64,000 nucleotides of DNA, from the NCBI GenBank assembly GCA_050084515.1, contig CM114271.1, positions 38,192,001 to 38,256,000 of the forward strand. The letters are read 5' to 3'. The position numbers and the translations under genes were made by a program. Shown here piece by piece: positions 13,791-27,473 of this stretch. A model generated the notes under the pieces. The model was not told where the DNA came from. It worked only from the letters and a program-made list of their open reading frames with translations, and made no database searches. This DNA is from Blasia pusilla (lineage: Eukaryota). Every line of letters starts with the position of its first letter. The first letter of the stretch is position 1.

Positions 13791-16700
13791 ATCGTGTCAC
13801 AACCAAGGTTGCGCACGGATAAAGTTAGTGTTAGAAAACTTATGTCCGTCCCTAGGATGGACATGTTCATGTGGGACCGTCTCACCTTCAACATAGATCC
13901 AGGCTTCGGCAACCTGCACCCAATCTAGTGATCCGTTGTCCATTCTTGCCACCCGTTCTGCAACCCTTACCAAGTCCGCGAAGGCCCGTATTGAGCCAAC
14001 CCATGGCTTGCACCAAGCCTACCTAGCCCGCACCCGCCCGCTCAAGGCGGGCTTAAGGCTTGCACAAGCCCCTCGGTTGGCCTGTGTGGTCAATGGCGTT
14101 GTTACGGCGAGCTTGGTGGATTATCTTGGATTTTACATGAGAAAGACGAGAGAGGGGTAAGGGAATTTTTTTGTGTAGGTGGGCATCCAAGTTGGCTCTC
14201 TTAAGATCCCTCAACGTCTTTTTGTGTACGTGGTTTATTTATTTGTGCAAGTGTTGCATTTTCTTTGCACAATGCAGAGGCCATCCTTGTCGGGATTGGG
14301 TACATGGATCCATGAGAAATAGGAGAACATAACCACCAATGGCACTTTTGGCTGTAAGGCCACACGCCGTGATAGGTGGGTAGCACAATTTAGAACTATG
14401 TTGTGGTAGTGGGTCAACCATGTAGTGCCAATACGGTTGTGATCACCAACCTTGTTTGATACTAAGTAAAGAGAGTGAGTTTTTGGCCAACCAAGAATTT
14501 ACTAACCAAATCCTATGATGATTTCCCAATTATTAATTAGGATATGTCTTTTTGACATAAGAGTTTCTATGACTTGTGGTTTCATGGCCATGCGACGCAT
14601 TTGGTCGTGATTTTGTACAAGATACGGCCACCCACAATGAGTTTTTGACTAAGGACGAACTCACTCGTATTGTGCCAACATGGATGATCCACTCCAATGT
14701 TCCACAAAAAAGTTCTAGAGGTTATGATATACATGTTGATGTTGATTGGAAGTCTGCATCCACTAACGGAAGATTTGACTTGTTGTTTGCGGAGATTTTT
14801 GTGCCACGAAGGGATAAATAATCTTTGACCATGTAGAGGAGTGATGGCATGCGCGTTCAGGTTATCCATTTAAGCTTTATTCTTCCACTTCTCTCTTGAA
14901 TGAGGATGTTGGGTATTGGATAGAACTTGCAATAGAGCCTATGGAGATGATGGATTGGATAAGTGTGGGGGGAGTTGTGATAGTGTGGTATAGTGAGGAT
15001 CTCGATTGTATACCCTTTTTAAGAGGAGAGTTTTGTGAGATTAGGGAGATTTCTCAAGTAGGGGTCTTTTGTATGACCTAAAGTCACCAGTAGCTTATGT
15101 GAACCAATATGGAATACGAACCTGAACATGAGGCTTGGGGTGAGCTCAAGTATTTGAGTGCATGAGACATGACTTCCGTTGTATGGTTATTAGCTTAAGT
15201 GAGATATTGAGGAGTATGAAAGGCTCAAGGCAATTGTTTGAATGTATGAGGAAAGGTTGTCATATCAATGTTCTTCCAAGGTTCAAAATAAGTGGGTAGT
15301 TCAAGGAGTAGTGGAGGAGTTACGTGGGCTGGAATGAGTTCTCGGAGGGTTTTGAGTGGAAACCCTCCAAGGCTTACATTTGGGGTTGTGTCTTCATCAA
15401 TGGACAACATGCACATTAATGAGACCATGGAAAAGAAGAGTATTGTATGGGGACACAAGGATAATATGGCATGTGATTATTTTTGAGTGTGTTTGGCGCC
15501 ATCGATGTAGATGAATTCATCCAAGATTTCAACACATGATGTGATTTTCAAGGGATATGAGTCCTGATGTGGTTCAACTCTTCCATGTTTTTGAAGGGTT
15601 TTATAATAATTATCATGATTTCCAATGTTTACATGCACTAGGGATTGACATGTGGAGGGTATTTTGGGCTCCAATGTATGTATCCACTCGTGGTCATGAG
15701 GATTATGAAGGGTTAGTGATGAAGGCTATACCAAGACCATCAGACCATGGAATAGTTGGAGATGATGTCAATGTTCGTAGCAAAGTGGACGAGACTACCC
15801 ACAAAAGAGGACCACCTAGTCTTATCCCAATGCTTGATAGCCTGTCTTAGAGTTGGAGAGGGTCTATTAGGGCGTGCAAACCAAAAAATTGAAGAGCCTA
15901 AAATATTTTCAATAGAGATTGGGTGAGTCTTGGAGAGGCATTTGTGCCCATGTAAAATTGATTATTGCTTCTCATGGACTAAGATAGAAAAATGCATACC
16001 TTCCATTATTGGTATGGGATTTTGGATTAAGGGCTATGATAGAGAGTTTGGGATGTGATGTTGCTACATAACAAAAAGTCCACCTTAAAGATGATCTTTG
16101 AGTCAACCAAGCATATTGAGCTCAACATGAGTGAGGAGCAAGTTATGACCTTATGATTTCCACAAGAGCCAACATCTCCATGAGTGTTAGTAGCTCCATA
16201 AATTCTGTATTGTGCACCAAAATATTGCAAGAAACTTGACATGCCTAGAGGAAAGAGCGGATATGTTGAGTCCATGAGGCAATGACCCGCATATACATGC
16301 ATTGGCTAGTAAGAACCGAGGCATCATCAAATAATCGCCATACACATACAGGTTGTAGAGGCTTTGAGCCATTTCAAAATTGGGCCTCAATGGCTATACC
16401 AATGGTTTGATGATATGTGGGGCTTTTGTATTCCCACTCATCGGGTGTTGGCTTATGCACACATAGCATAGGGTGTCATTGAAAAGAAACCCTTATTCAA
16501 ATTTTTTTCTTATATCTGAAAATTACCTTTTCAGTTGCAGCTTCCAACTAATGTAAATCTGTATAAAGATGGAGGACAATATTTTTTTTCAGAGTTGCGA
16601 CCCAAAAGAGGTCCTTCCCACTAACAAAAAACAACCCTAACTCAAGTTCCAACTTTGAGCAGTTTGAGTAGTGCTGCTTTTGAACTTTGCTGGACCCATT

Positions 16701-17917
16701 TGTAATGGGTAAGAACAAATCAGAGGATCCTTCCAATTCTCACTAAAATTAGAGGATCCATTGTATGTGAAGACCATATCATGCTATATCTAGTACAATT
16801 TACTCTCCTAAAAGGCACATCAACTAACACCAAATCACCATAGGATATGACACTTTGCAACATGTCCAAGCTAATGGGCTTAGAAGGTGGGAGATAGTCC
16901 CCAAACCTTATATAGGCCCTCTCCTCGATAATGATGTCCTTTCAAGCAAGTGTTTTGTCGTAATTGCTTATATTATTGGCTAGGATAGCTTTCAAGGGTT
17001 CCCCATTTTTCTTTGTCTCCGCCCTGAGTACACTATGAGTAGACTAGCCTCCTTTTCTTCATATCTAGTTTTTTATACGATTTTAATGTCAAGAGCTCAA
17101 GGGACTCCATCCAAACCTTCTGAATTTTAATCTCTTGGATATCACACAGTACTTTTCTCATCATGCTCTTGATGGTGTTTCATTACTCAGGCCCACCGCC
17201 ACCCAACCTGGGGGCTTTGAGAGCACCCCACGAAAACATTTCCAGTGGCCAACGCGTCTTGCAGTAGAGAGCATGCCACTAATCAATTTGGGTATTTTAC
17301 CAACAAGACATCCATGCCAAATTGAATCTTTTGGGCATTCATATCCTCCCATTGCAGTAGTGTCTCTTCCTCACCCTACTCTGGATACTAATTAAGTGAT
17401 CTTGCTACCTGCCACAAGTACTCTGAGAAGACCGAATTCCTCATGAAACCAATAGGATCACTTCATGCGAGAGTTCACTAGATCCTCCATGAATTCATGG
17501 CAACAGTGACATCAATTTACATTAAAAGGGAATTCAAACTGGTAAATCAATTCAGTTCTGATAGAGCACCAGGTGTGAACCAATTTGGTTCCACTTCAAG
17601 GATTGACAAATTGCTTGGAAGTCCAAAAGCACCTGTTAATGAAATAGGCGGATGGGTAGTTAGAATAATTTGCTACGTGAGAAGTGACCTCCCAGCATTG
17701 GCTTCCTGCAGAGCTCTCCACTTACAAACCACTACACTTTTATTTGAACTGGTGAGTATTGCCCGAGCTTGCTGCGAAACTTAGGGTTCTTTGACCAGTA
17801 ACCCTATATCCGAGAATAATAGCAGTTTCAAATCTCTGTTCTTTATGGACAATATGCTAGGTCTGCGGATTTGACTGGATTTATTGTGAAAGCCTTATAC
17901 CTGGCAATTAAAATGAC

Positions 17918-20900
17918 TTAAGCCATCAGCCTCTCTTTCACTAATTTTGCCACTTGAGGAGCATTGACAGTCACAGCCACCTTCACAGTTGGTCTATTGC
18001 ACCAGTCTGTGGGATTCGCCCATCTGAGCCAAACCAGTCATTTATCAGTATGCAAGCAGGAAACGAGTGGCCCTTAAAAACAGTTGATTGAACAAATTGA
18101 GAATTACTCACTTCTTCCTAGTGGTGTTGAAAACAGTGAGTCCTCTACATATTCCTTGTGTTTGTACTCTGACAACACCTTCTTCGTAGGTGAAGAGTGA
18201 CGGATCTATGGCAGCCACCATAGTTGTTGGGTCGTGTAGAAATATGGCTGCAATAGATGATACGATTACATGATCAGCTTAAACACACAAAAGCTTCCAT
18301 CCACGGATTGATTCAATTGTTGCTGCCTACATGCATTTAAGAGAAAACAAGGGTTGGATTTGCTCAGGGGAGTGTAAATGAGCTCTGATCTGAATCTTGT
18401 GGTAATTATACCCAGAGACTAAGAATGTGAGCCTTGAGTACATGATAAGAACAGAGGTCAGTCCCAAGTCCGATAAAGTGTGCAGAACCTAATAAAATAA
18501 TGCCGTACCATCTATTTCATATGCAAAATGATGATAGTCGAAGTAAAACTTTGATACTTTGTGCAAGTAGTTGCCATATTTTCCAGCACTGTTTCCAACC
18601 TCTTCCATCTCCTTGTCTACACATATCAAACACGGTATTATTAATTCATCCGCATCGATCAGGCACTACTTAATGATCACACCCAAACATACAATCTCTT
18701 GAATTTCTTCCACTATCTGCAGCCACCGTCCAACTAGGCCACAGGTTTATGATCACAAGGCTATGACAGGCACTACTTAATCGCCGTCTTGTTCACCCTA
18801 TGGTCGCAAAGTTACGAGAGGCACTAATTGATGAGTAGTCTTTCTCAGAAGAAACTGCTGCACCGGTAAGTGACGTGTATTGGGTTAAGGTGGAGAGTAG
18901 TAAAGAGCTTCTTGGTTGAAAATTGGAAGCTCCGCACCAACACTCTGTAGAGTCAGCACTCACATTATAAGGGAGAATCTCCCTCCTCATGTACCAGCTT
19001 CTTCATATCTTCCTCTGGGTGAATGCATCCCAGTCTCTAGCAAAGTCCAAACCGGACTCAGGGTCTACTGTCAGACGGCACCAACAAGCACTACTTGATG
19101 AGTAGTCTTTGCCCATAGTACCAGGGTGTCAGATCTATAATTGCAAGGCTTTGACAGACACTAGTTAGTGAGTAAGGTGTCTCACTCTGCCTCTTCTGGA
19201 ACAGTCCAACCAGAGCACAAGGCTAGGACTGGTACTACTTGATGAGTAGAGTCTCCACCTCTTCTAGCACCTTCCAACCTGTCCGTAGTAGTGCATAGGG
19301 TACATACACCCCACATCCTAGTTGGAAGGTACTTCATGAGTACAATCACCCAGCCTCTTGTTTGCCTGTCCCTGTCAGGCCAATTCCACTGTGTGAAATG
19401 TAAGACGAGGTTCACACATATTGTGAAACTCGTCAAGGCCAGAGGTCAAAGAGGCAAAAGGCCTCTGCCGATTTGTCAGGTTTCTTTCTGCTCAGGACGT
19501 TGTTTCTCCTGCGAATATATCCACAGCACAAGACAAATTTGCACTATCTACTATAATGTATCCACTAATGTCCCCGCAATCTCGCCTAAAACTGTCTCCA
19601 AGGGACAGTCAAGAAAAAGTTTGAAACAAGCAATGCCATGTCGTATCTCATCATTATAAGATGGAAAAGGGCGTTCCTCATAATCCTTTCATGAATTTTA
19701 TGAGGCAGTCAACTTCCAGTTTCAGACAATCAATGATATGATAGGAAGAGAAGTGATCCCAGATGGTGCAACTTGTCCCAAAAGTTTAAGACACTTCATC
19801 AACTGTCATTGAGTTCTTTAAAATAGCTCAAGAATATAATCTCTCAGAGCATAATGGAAGCTATCCTCGAGCTGAAGATTTACATCATCGTCAATTCCTG
19901 AAACTTGCTGAAATCACAGTGAAAGTATGTTGCTCACTCCTGCAAAGATCGTCCATTTGGAGTGATACAGGAGTCTACCTAGGACGCCCCAGAAAGAGTA
20001 CCACTTGATGCGCAGAGTAACAAAAAAGTGCATCAAAAAACAAGCAGGACAGAAAGTTTCACAGTAAAAGATAATAGCACACCTGTGAAAGCAACTTGAT
20101 GTGTAATGTTGATGCCAATAACTAAAATGTCAGCACCACAAGTGAAGACAATATCCGCTGCTTCAGGATCTCCATACATCTAGGAGAGACGTATCACCTT
20201 GGAGCAATCAGAAAGTAGCTCACTCAGGGCAGAACAGAGCGTTGACAACAACTTGAGCTTAACCATGTAACTCTCCAGAAAAAATGATCTTGGCACTGTA
20301 TGGTGAGCGGTTTCTTTTGTTCAGCTACAGCCTGTGGGTGACGGATTATTTTGAATACTTACATTTGCTTCAGCTGCTGGATTCACATTCCCATTCACAA
20401 AAAATGCACCTCCAAGGACGATGATTTGGCCAACTGTCTTGGCAAAAGTAGGATCATCTTCTACTGCCTGCACACCAGGTTACATTCAACAAGTTATCAA
20501 AAGATCCCAACTGCATATCTTCTTTCAGGTCTCAACTTGTTGAATGGGTTGTAACAGGTGTCTTTGTGTTTGATTTCTATTTCTGGACATCCATTGCGGC
20601 AAGGTGCAATGGTTACAATTTATTTTTATGTACTTTTATTACTTGTCACATTGAGACTTCAACGAGATGACTCATTTGAACTCTAAACCACCTAAAACCT
20701 ACAGATCATAGAACTTAAGTGTCACCTTAAGCTTTGCTGGTGCCAGGACTCAGAAGTTGACAGTAAGGCGTTATACATTACCTCCTAAAGTGCATTCCCG
20801 TAACAAGAGCTCTAATCGTAGGTAGGTCAACACCAGAAAGTTGAAACCAACATTCCTACAGCTGAAAGTTCAAGAGTGACGACTTCTAACACCAGCGAAG

Positions 20901-22649
20901 ATAACAACGAAATTATACCTTGGCAAGGTTTGTTAAGGGTCCCAAAGCCACAATAGTGATCTCGCCAGGATACTCCCTGCATTTTTGTATCAAAAACTCA
21001 GGTGCAGGCTGGGGAACTGCTGACCCGTTTGGAGGAGAAGGATAAGTATTTCCCAGCCCATCTTGTCCATGTACAAAGTCTGCAACATGCTCCTTGACTC
21101 CTCCCTGATTTCAAAGAGGGAAAGTTATTGGGACAGAACTGAGAATCCAAAGATGTGGATAATAATCATTCCTTATACTAAAAAATCTGCTAAGTTCTTG
21201 AACTCAGCACAACAGTCCAGATAATCACATACCCTTAAAGATGTCGACAAGCCTTCCGAAACTGGGACATCCTCCCGCCCAGCCAGCTCACACTAGAGAA
21301 AGAGGAGAGGGAAGCACATTTTTCAGGAGGTCAGGTTTCTCTGAAGAGGTCACACTGCTCACGAGAGTAATTTTCTAGCAAACGTTGAATACATCCTTGC
21401 TTCCTTGCAGTATTCTTTACCACTGGAAAAATCATCATGTTCCACGGAAATAAAATTCTTTACAATTCAACCAACGCAACCGGCATGACTCTGGACTTCA
21501 TCAGATTCATCAGCCGAGGAATGTATTCAACTGTTGGAAGAGGATGAATTTTTAGTGCAATTACACTCCAATCAAAGAATGGATTCCCCAACTGACCAGA
21601 TGAATAGCATTTTGAGTAGCCATTTTGGTGTGAACATTTCCGAAAGTGGTCGTTAGCCCAATGACGTCCAGCTCTGGAGATTGGAAAGCCAGCAAAATCG
21701 CCATTGCATCATCTGTTCACGATCGTACATCGCGTAAGGAAAATCCATTCGAATTCCTTGACGCACACAATTCAGAACTTGCTCAGGGAAAATCAGTTGC
21801 CACTGACTTGGACACGATTTTGGGGTTGTGTGTTCAAATAGAGGAGTGAAGGACGGCAACATAGGCCACCGGCTTCTAATGGGTCGAGTCCGAAATAGCC
21901 ACCAAGTCGGGCGGGCATATATCTCCAGTTCAAACCAGATAGAAGTCCAATGACAGATCATACAATAGGAAAGGCCATAGGTAGTACTGTACACGCCTCA
22001 AAACTGCGAAAGGCTAGATCAGGGTTTGAAATTGTTCACAAAAACTGCTCTTTGATTGTGATGCAGGATTCCGAAATACTGCATGTCCAATCTGATTCCG
22101 TCATTGGGGATCTTGTGGCGTAATGAAGAGTACACCTTTTCCCATCAAGCTACGAACCGAGGCTCTCTAGTGTTCGCTCCATGTTCCGTGGAAAGAACAG
22201 AACCCTTTCCTAAACGGAGCGGCATGAATGAAGACAGCGGAAAACTCAACCCTCAATCCCCCAGAGGGATAAACTGCCAGCCAGCCATTTGCCAATTCCT
22301 GGACTCAACCATACGTACGGAGGCAAACCCCACAATCCCCACTCCTCGTGACCACCTCTGGTCACGATTGGATGAGACGAGAATTAAGAATGTTGTTGAG
22401 TCACTCCATACGACAACGGCACGCGTCCGAGACGGAGCGCGCAATTTTGGAGACGCGATCCCACGAGTCTGAAACCCAATCCAAAGAAACACAATCACGG
22501 CATTTGCCGTCCGTGCTAAACGGTACAATTCACGAGAATGGGCCCATGCAGATGGAGGCAAAGTGGGTACCAATGCCGGGATCAGTGTCGATGATGACCT
22601 TCTTTCTGGTCGGAGGAGGAGCCATAGTTTCTGGCACCGAAGTCGTCAT
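17918..22649 (-). CDS. Nucleoside N-ribohydrolase (inosine-uridine preferring nucleoside hydrolase family, plant NRH/URH/NSH type), 330 aa, 9 exons
   Basis: Exons 22649-22571, 21712-21597, 21292-21233, 21104-20919, 20467-20363, 20179-20083, 18616-18509, 18247-18112 and 18023-17918 all have GT-AG borders and sum to 993 nt in frame. Motifs KKVIIDTDPGIDDAMA, GLTTTFGNV, FVHGQDGLGN, LGPLTNLA, GNVNPAAEAN, FLHDP. Paralog identity not assignable by eye. Confidence 0.96.
18655..19345. repeat. About 7 degenerate copies of a ~35-bp motif (CAAGGCT.TGACAGGCACTACTTGATGAGTAG) separated by unique spacers in intron 6 of the nucleoside hydrolase
   Basis: Cores at ~18661, 18768, 18819, 19087, 19156, 19231 and 19327. 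Confidence 0.7.
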
Positions 22650-23759
22650 GTTTTCGTTCCACTCCCGCTGCACTCACTCACAGTCCCACACAGGCAACCG
22701 AAGCGCTCCACGGTTTTACTCTGCTCTACAGTTCTCGACTCCACTGTCGCGACTCCGCCTCCTCTCCCTCTTTTGTTCTCGGACCCCAACTCCTCCTTAT
22801 CCTTCAAGCTCCGCGCACCTGCCCCTCCTCCAACACCGCACGCCACGGCATCGGCGGCTGCTGCCTCCCATCGATAAATCGCAAGAAGCACGTGGATCGT
22901 CGACTTCTTACTCCCGTGACTGACAGGGGCCCCGAAAGTACGCTCACTGGGATTCTCCGCCGGCTCGGCTGAGAGTGAGTGAGTGAGTACTCGGGACGGC
23001 GGACGGAGGTCAGAGAGGACGCTCCGTCGGAAGCCTCGTTACGGTACCGAAAAGAGCAAAGGGTCGGGGCTTCATGTGTAGTGAGAGGACGTATTTACGT
23101 AGCCTTTTAATTATTTTATGAGTGAATGCATGGTCACTATGCTGCGTACTATCATATTTATTGGAAGGATATGTTTTCAACGCGAGCGAAAGTATCCTTA
23201 AGCAGGGTCCAGGTAGTTTTTTTGGCGAGGTCTCTACCGACGAGACGAGAACGGTAATTTTTGATATTTTCCTGAATCCGGTCGAGATACAAATACAAAG
23301 GAGAATTCTATATTCTGCCGGTTTTTGGCCGTTGATTTGCAAAGTGAATCGGCAATTCTAAATGTCTTCCCGTTAGGTCAACACGTAACCCCGGTTCTCC
23401 CCGGACATTATCCTTAAGGTAAGGAAGATGCTCCTTGACTTGATATCGGTTAGGGGTGGAGGAATATTTACGTGGGTTGGTAAACTAGGAGAGGGTTTTG
23501 GGAAAAATGATAAGTAAATTCTAAGGAGATAGAATTTGGAAACTTATATTGTTTTTATTGAACTTCGTAACATGAAGCCACGGAGGTATGGTGTTTCTTG
23601 CTTTGTGAGAAATTCAAGAGTGGGTGAGGTTTGACCTTAGTAAAAGAATTATGGACAATGAGTTGCACTGGGTGGTTGTTGATTTCAGATTTTTTTTTAT
23701 TTAGGTAATCTAAAACCATGATTGATAGAAGATGCGAATGTGAAGTCACATCATTGAAA

Positions 23760-24230
23760 ATGTTGAGATATGATCACATACCATGCACCTAACAACAAAC
23801 TATTATATATGCCTTGCCACCAAAACTATAATTGGAGTAAGTTGTATGTTCGCTTTACTCCAAAATATTGCAACTCTTCATGGGCGTGTTGCACTAATTG
23901 TGCTCTTTGCAAGGGATGAGGCACCACTCGCTCTCTACATCCTCCCAAACTTGCAAAACATGTGTCCTCTCCTACCTGAACTATTGGGCTTGTTGTAGGA
24001 TCCTATCAAGCTCTCTAGCATCCACTCTGCCTACTATGCTACTAATGCGAAAGTACTCCAAGACTACCTCATCCTCGTGGATATCCCGAGCATCTATTAC
24101 CTCCTCATCGGTCTCTGGATCTAGGGATTCTCCATCCGACCTTGAAGTCAAAGTTGATGTTGTATGGCTCTCGAGATTGCTCTCCATGACCAATGAAACC
24201 TAATAGGTAGATGCATGTGTGGCCTTGAGA
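23760..24230 (-). mobile_element. Ty3/Gypsy fragment (RNase H-integrase linker and zinc-finger region) of the same family as 45167-53259
   Basis: DIHEDEVVLEYFRISSIVGRVDARELDRILQ matches DIHDDGVVLEYLRTGSVTSIVGAIEQDRILQ at 37093-37368 and the region near 51060-51170. Confidence 0.85.
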
Positions 24231-25073
24231 AAATTTTGAGAAGTTGCATTTGGGTTAGTATATAGGACTAGGAAGATCTTTCGTAAGTCAAAAATAGTAT
24301 AGGAAAGTACTTTAGTAAGAAGAACTTTAGACAAAAGGAAATAATTTAGGAAGAAGTGTTTGTTAAAGAATCTTCATGAAGAATAGTGAAGTTAATCTTA
24401 GTGGAGATTATTTAGAGTCAAGGCCATAAGGAGAAGAAGTCATGAAGACGGTATTAGCTGCAAAGAACTTCCATGAAGACCAAGAAGCTCTTCAAAAAGA
24501 CTCTAGACTCTTTGTGAAGACAAGGGTATGAAGAAGAAGATCTTTTACAAAGACCTTTGTATGAAGATCTTTTAAGAAGCCTATAGTGGAAGAAAAAGAG
24601 CATCTTGTGAAGATGGCTTAAGTTCGGGCCACCAAAGATCCTTTTCTTGAAATCTTGAGATTGTAAGGAGATCTCATTTTCCTTGTTGACGACTTGATGT
24701 ATTTGCTTGATAGAGGCATTATCCTCATTGGAGAGAGTGTTTGTGAGGTATTTGATAACTCCAAAGGGAAGACTTGATGAGAGAACATAACTTCTTATAA
24801 GTGATGATCTTTGTACTTGGAGAATCAATGGGAGAATTCTTGAAGTTAGTTCAATTGGAATAGTTAAGTTTGTGCCTCCTAGCTTCTCACACCTAGCGCA
24901 TCCCAAAGTTCCTAGAATGCAAACCTGCGTGCTTGGCTAGAACTTCCTCTCCTCGACCTTGGGTCAATTCCATCCCTATCCACCTCACATCTCTATGACT
25001 ATACCTGACCCTAAACAACTTTGTCCCATGTCGCTTTCTAATTGTGTCACAACCTTCTTAACTTTGCGTAGGC

Positions 25074-26356
25074 TGTCGTTTCGAGAGCCTTTCTTCGAGT
25101 AAGGGGCAGACCTTCTAGTTGCAGCAGACGTGGTTGATGCAAGTCGAACTCTATAAGAATCTCTCCTTTTTCAGTACAGAATTAGTATCTAAACTCTCCA
25201 TTCTCTCACGACAGAAATTACGAATGGTAGTGCCGAGGCGATCACTTCTTTATAACATGGAACCCCAAAATTCTTAACTATGAAATCCCTCTAAGCTTCT
25301 TTACGTTTGTACACAAGGAAAATAACACAAATAGTGTTAAAACCTACTCGAGCAGGCCTATTGACGTTCATGGATAGCTATATAAGGATATACAAAGTGC
25401 AATCCCATCTCCTTCCGTACGTGACTATAGGAGGAGTCATCAGAGTTGAAGATTACATGACTTGGTTCATGAACGTGTCCCCAAAGTGATAAACTAGATA
25501 GCGAGTGAACCAGTGCCAATCTTTAAAGATAATCTTGACGTGGTACGGGTTAAGGAAAGAAAAATCCGGCACAACTCGTGCTCCACCCTTATCCATACTT
25601 GATAAAAATCCTCTACTCTCTTCTAGAATGGGACTTGGCGGAGTTGCTCTCCCAAGAGGGGTAATCCACTCTCATTGGAAAAATAACAAGAAAAACCATC
25701 CTCTATTTCTAGTATGAATAAATTCATCTAAGATGACAAATCTCTCATCTCCACACATACCATACTCTAGAAAACTCTCAAAGAATAGACCAAGGTCAAG
25801 TTACTCTCTGAAGAGGGATAATCCACTCTCATTGGAAGAGCAAGCAATCCCAAAGCCATACACTCAAGAGTGACACGAGAGACTCAAGATGTGAAGTATA
25901 AGGTGATGAACCCTTGAAGGTCCCTCCTCTTTATATACTCACAAGGGATCCACAAGAGTACGAAATAGGGCTAATCTTATCTTGTGCCACATGGCTTCCT
26001 CTCTAGGCTTAGCCAATCATATTTTGACACAAGTAAATTGCCTCTTATCTCTTCCAAAATCTCCTCTTTTACTTCCTTCATATCTTTCAAATTACCCCAC
26101 CAACCCTAGCCACGAACCAAGACTACTTTTGATTTTGTTTTATTAAAGCACCAACCCCACTACTTTACTTTTCTAATCCCATCTTTTATTTGTTATCTCT
26201 TTTCCTAAAATTAGGGCCCGCACAAATGAGTCATCCTAAAGAGGTTTAAACATGAGAATTTCATTTTCCTAGGCTAATTTATTTAATACTAATAAAACTC
26301 TCTTTAATACTTAATGACAGAGGAGTTTACATTGTGGGTGATTTTACTATACGACA
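25074..26356. mobile_element. Solo LTR-like repeat, family C, copy 1
   Basis: Begins TGTCGT and ends TACGACA. Colinear with 53923-55164 and, for its right part, with 26853-27473. TATATAAAG on the minus strand near 25930. Confidence 0.8.
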
Positions 26357-26364
26357 ACACTACA

Positions 26365-26582
26365 TGTCGTGCGCATACATATCGCTACACAACATACATG
26401 GCTATCACCGAATATACACACAAACATGCACGATCCCATGCTAACTCATAGAATATACACAACGAGACGAGAGATATCAAAATATCTCTAATTAAATTAA
26501 TGAAATCTCACATCACATCTCACACCAAGCTCTCCATGATGCGCATTCTCTTTCATGTCAAACCAAACCCACTATCATGTGG
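26365..26582 (-). mobile_element. Terminal fragment (end of A' followed by B') of the sister split-repeat family
   Basis: Reverse complement of ~58945-59166. Terminates in GCACGACA at 26365. Confidence 0.8.
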
Positions 26583-26602
26583 AAAATTGCTAAGCAAGCA
26601 TA

Positions 26603-26825
<223 letters not shown>

Positions 26826-26852
26826 GGAGAAGTAACAATAAAGAGTCCAGGT

Positions 26853-27473
26853 GGTGACAAACCTCTCATCTCCACACATACACCACACTCTAGAAACCTC
26901 TCGAAGAATAGACCATGGTCAAGTTACTCTCCCAAGAGGGATGATCCATTCTCATTGGAAGAGCAAGCAATCCCACAGTCATACACTCAAGAGTGACACG
27001 AAAGACTCAAGATGTGGAATAGAAGGTGATGAACCCTTGAAGGTCCCTCCTCTTTATAAATTCACAAGAGACCCACAAAAGTACGAAATAGAGGTAATCT
27101 TATCTTGTGCCACATGGCTTCCTCTCAAGACTTAGCCAATCACATTTTGACACAAGTAGATTTCCTCTTATCTCTCCTAAAATATCCTCTTTTATCCACT
27201 TGATATTTTCCAAATTATCCCAACTAACATAGCCACCAACCAAGCCTACTTTTGCTTTTCATTAAAGCACCAACCTCACTACTTTACTTTTATAAAGTCA
27301 TCTTTTATTTATTACTTATTTTCTAAAGTTGGGCCCGCATAAAAAAGGCACCATAAAGAGGATTAAACATGGGGATTTCCTTTTCCTAAGCTAATTTACT
27401 TAATACTAATAAAACTCTATCTAACACTTAAGGAGGAAGGAGTATACATACTGGCTGATTTTACTATACGACA
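26853..27473. mobile_element. Solo LTR-like repeat, family C, partial copy 2
   Basis: Colinear with 25733-26356 and 54554-55164. Ends TACGACA. Confidence 0.8.

Noticed and set aside
13795-17400. Possible degenerate retroelement or LINE region
   Set aside because: It looks TE-derived, but I could not identify convincing domain motifs or termini.
18655-19345. CRISPR array or C/D snoRNA cluster
   Set aside because: It lies in a eukaryotic intron with degenerate repeats, irregular spacing and no cas genes. The TGATGA boxes are antisense to the host gene and lack consistently placed CTGA boxes.
22083-22923. Plus-strand ORFs overlapping the nucleoside hydrolase 5' end, and the many short overlapping ORFs at 5000-6500 and 60000-62400
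   Set aside because: These are expected by chance in GC-rich UTR, intron and antisense sequence.
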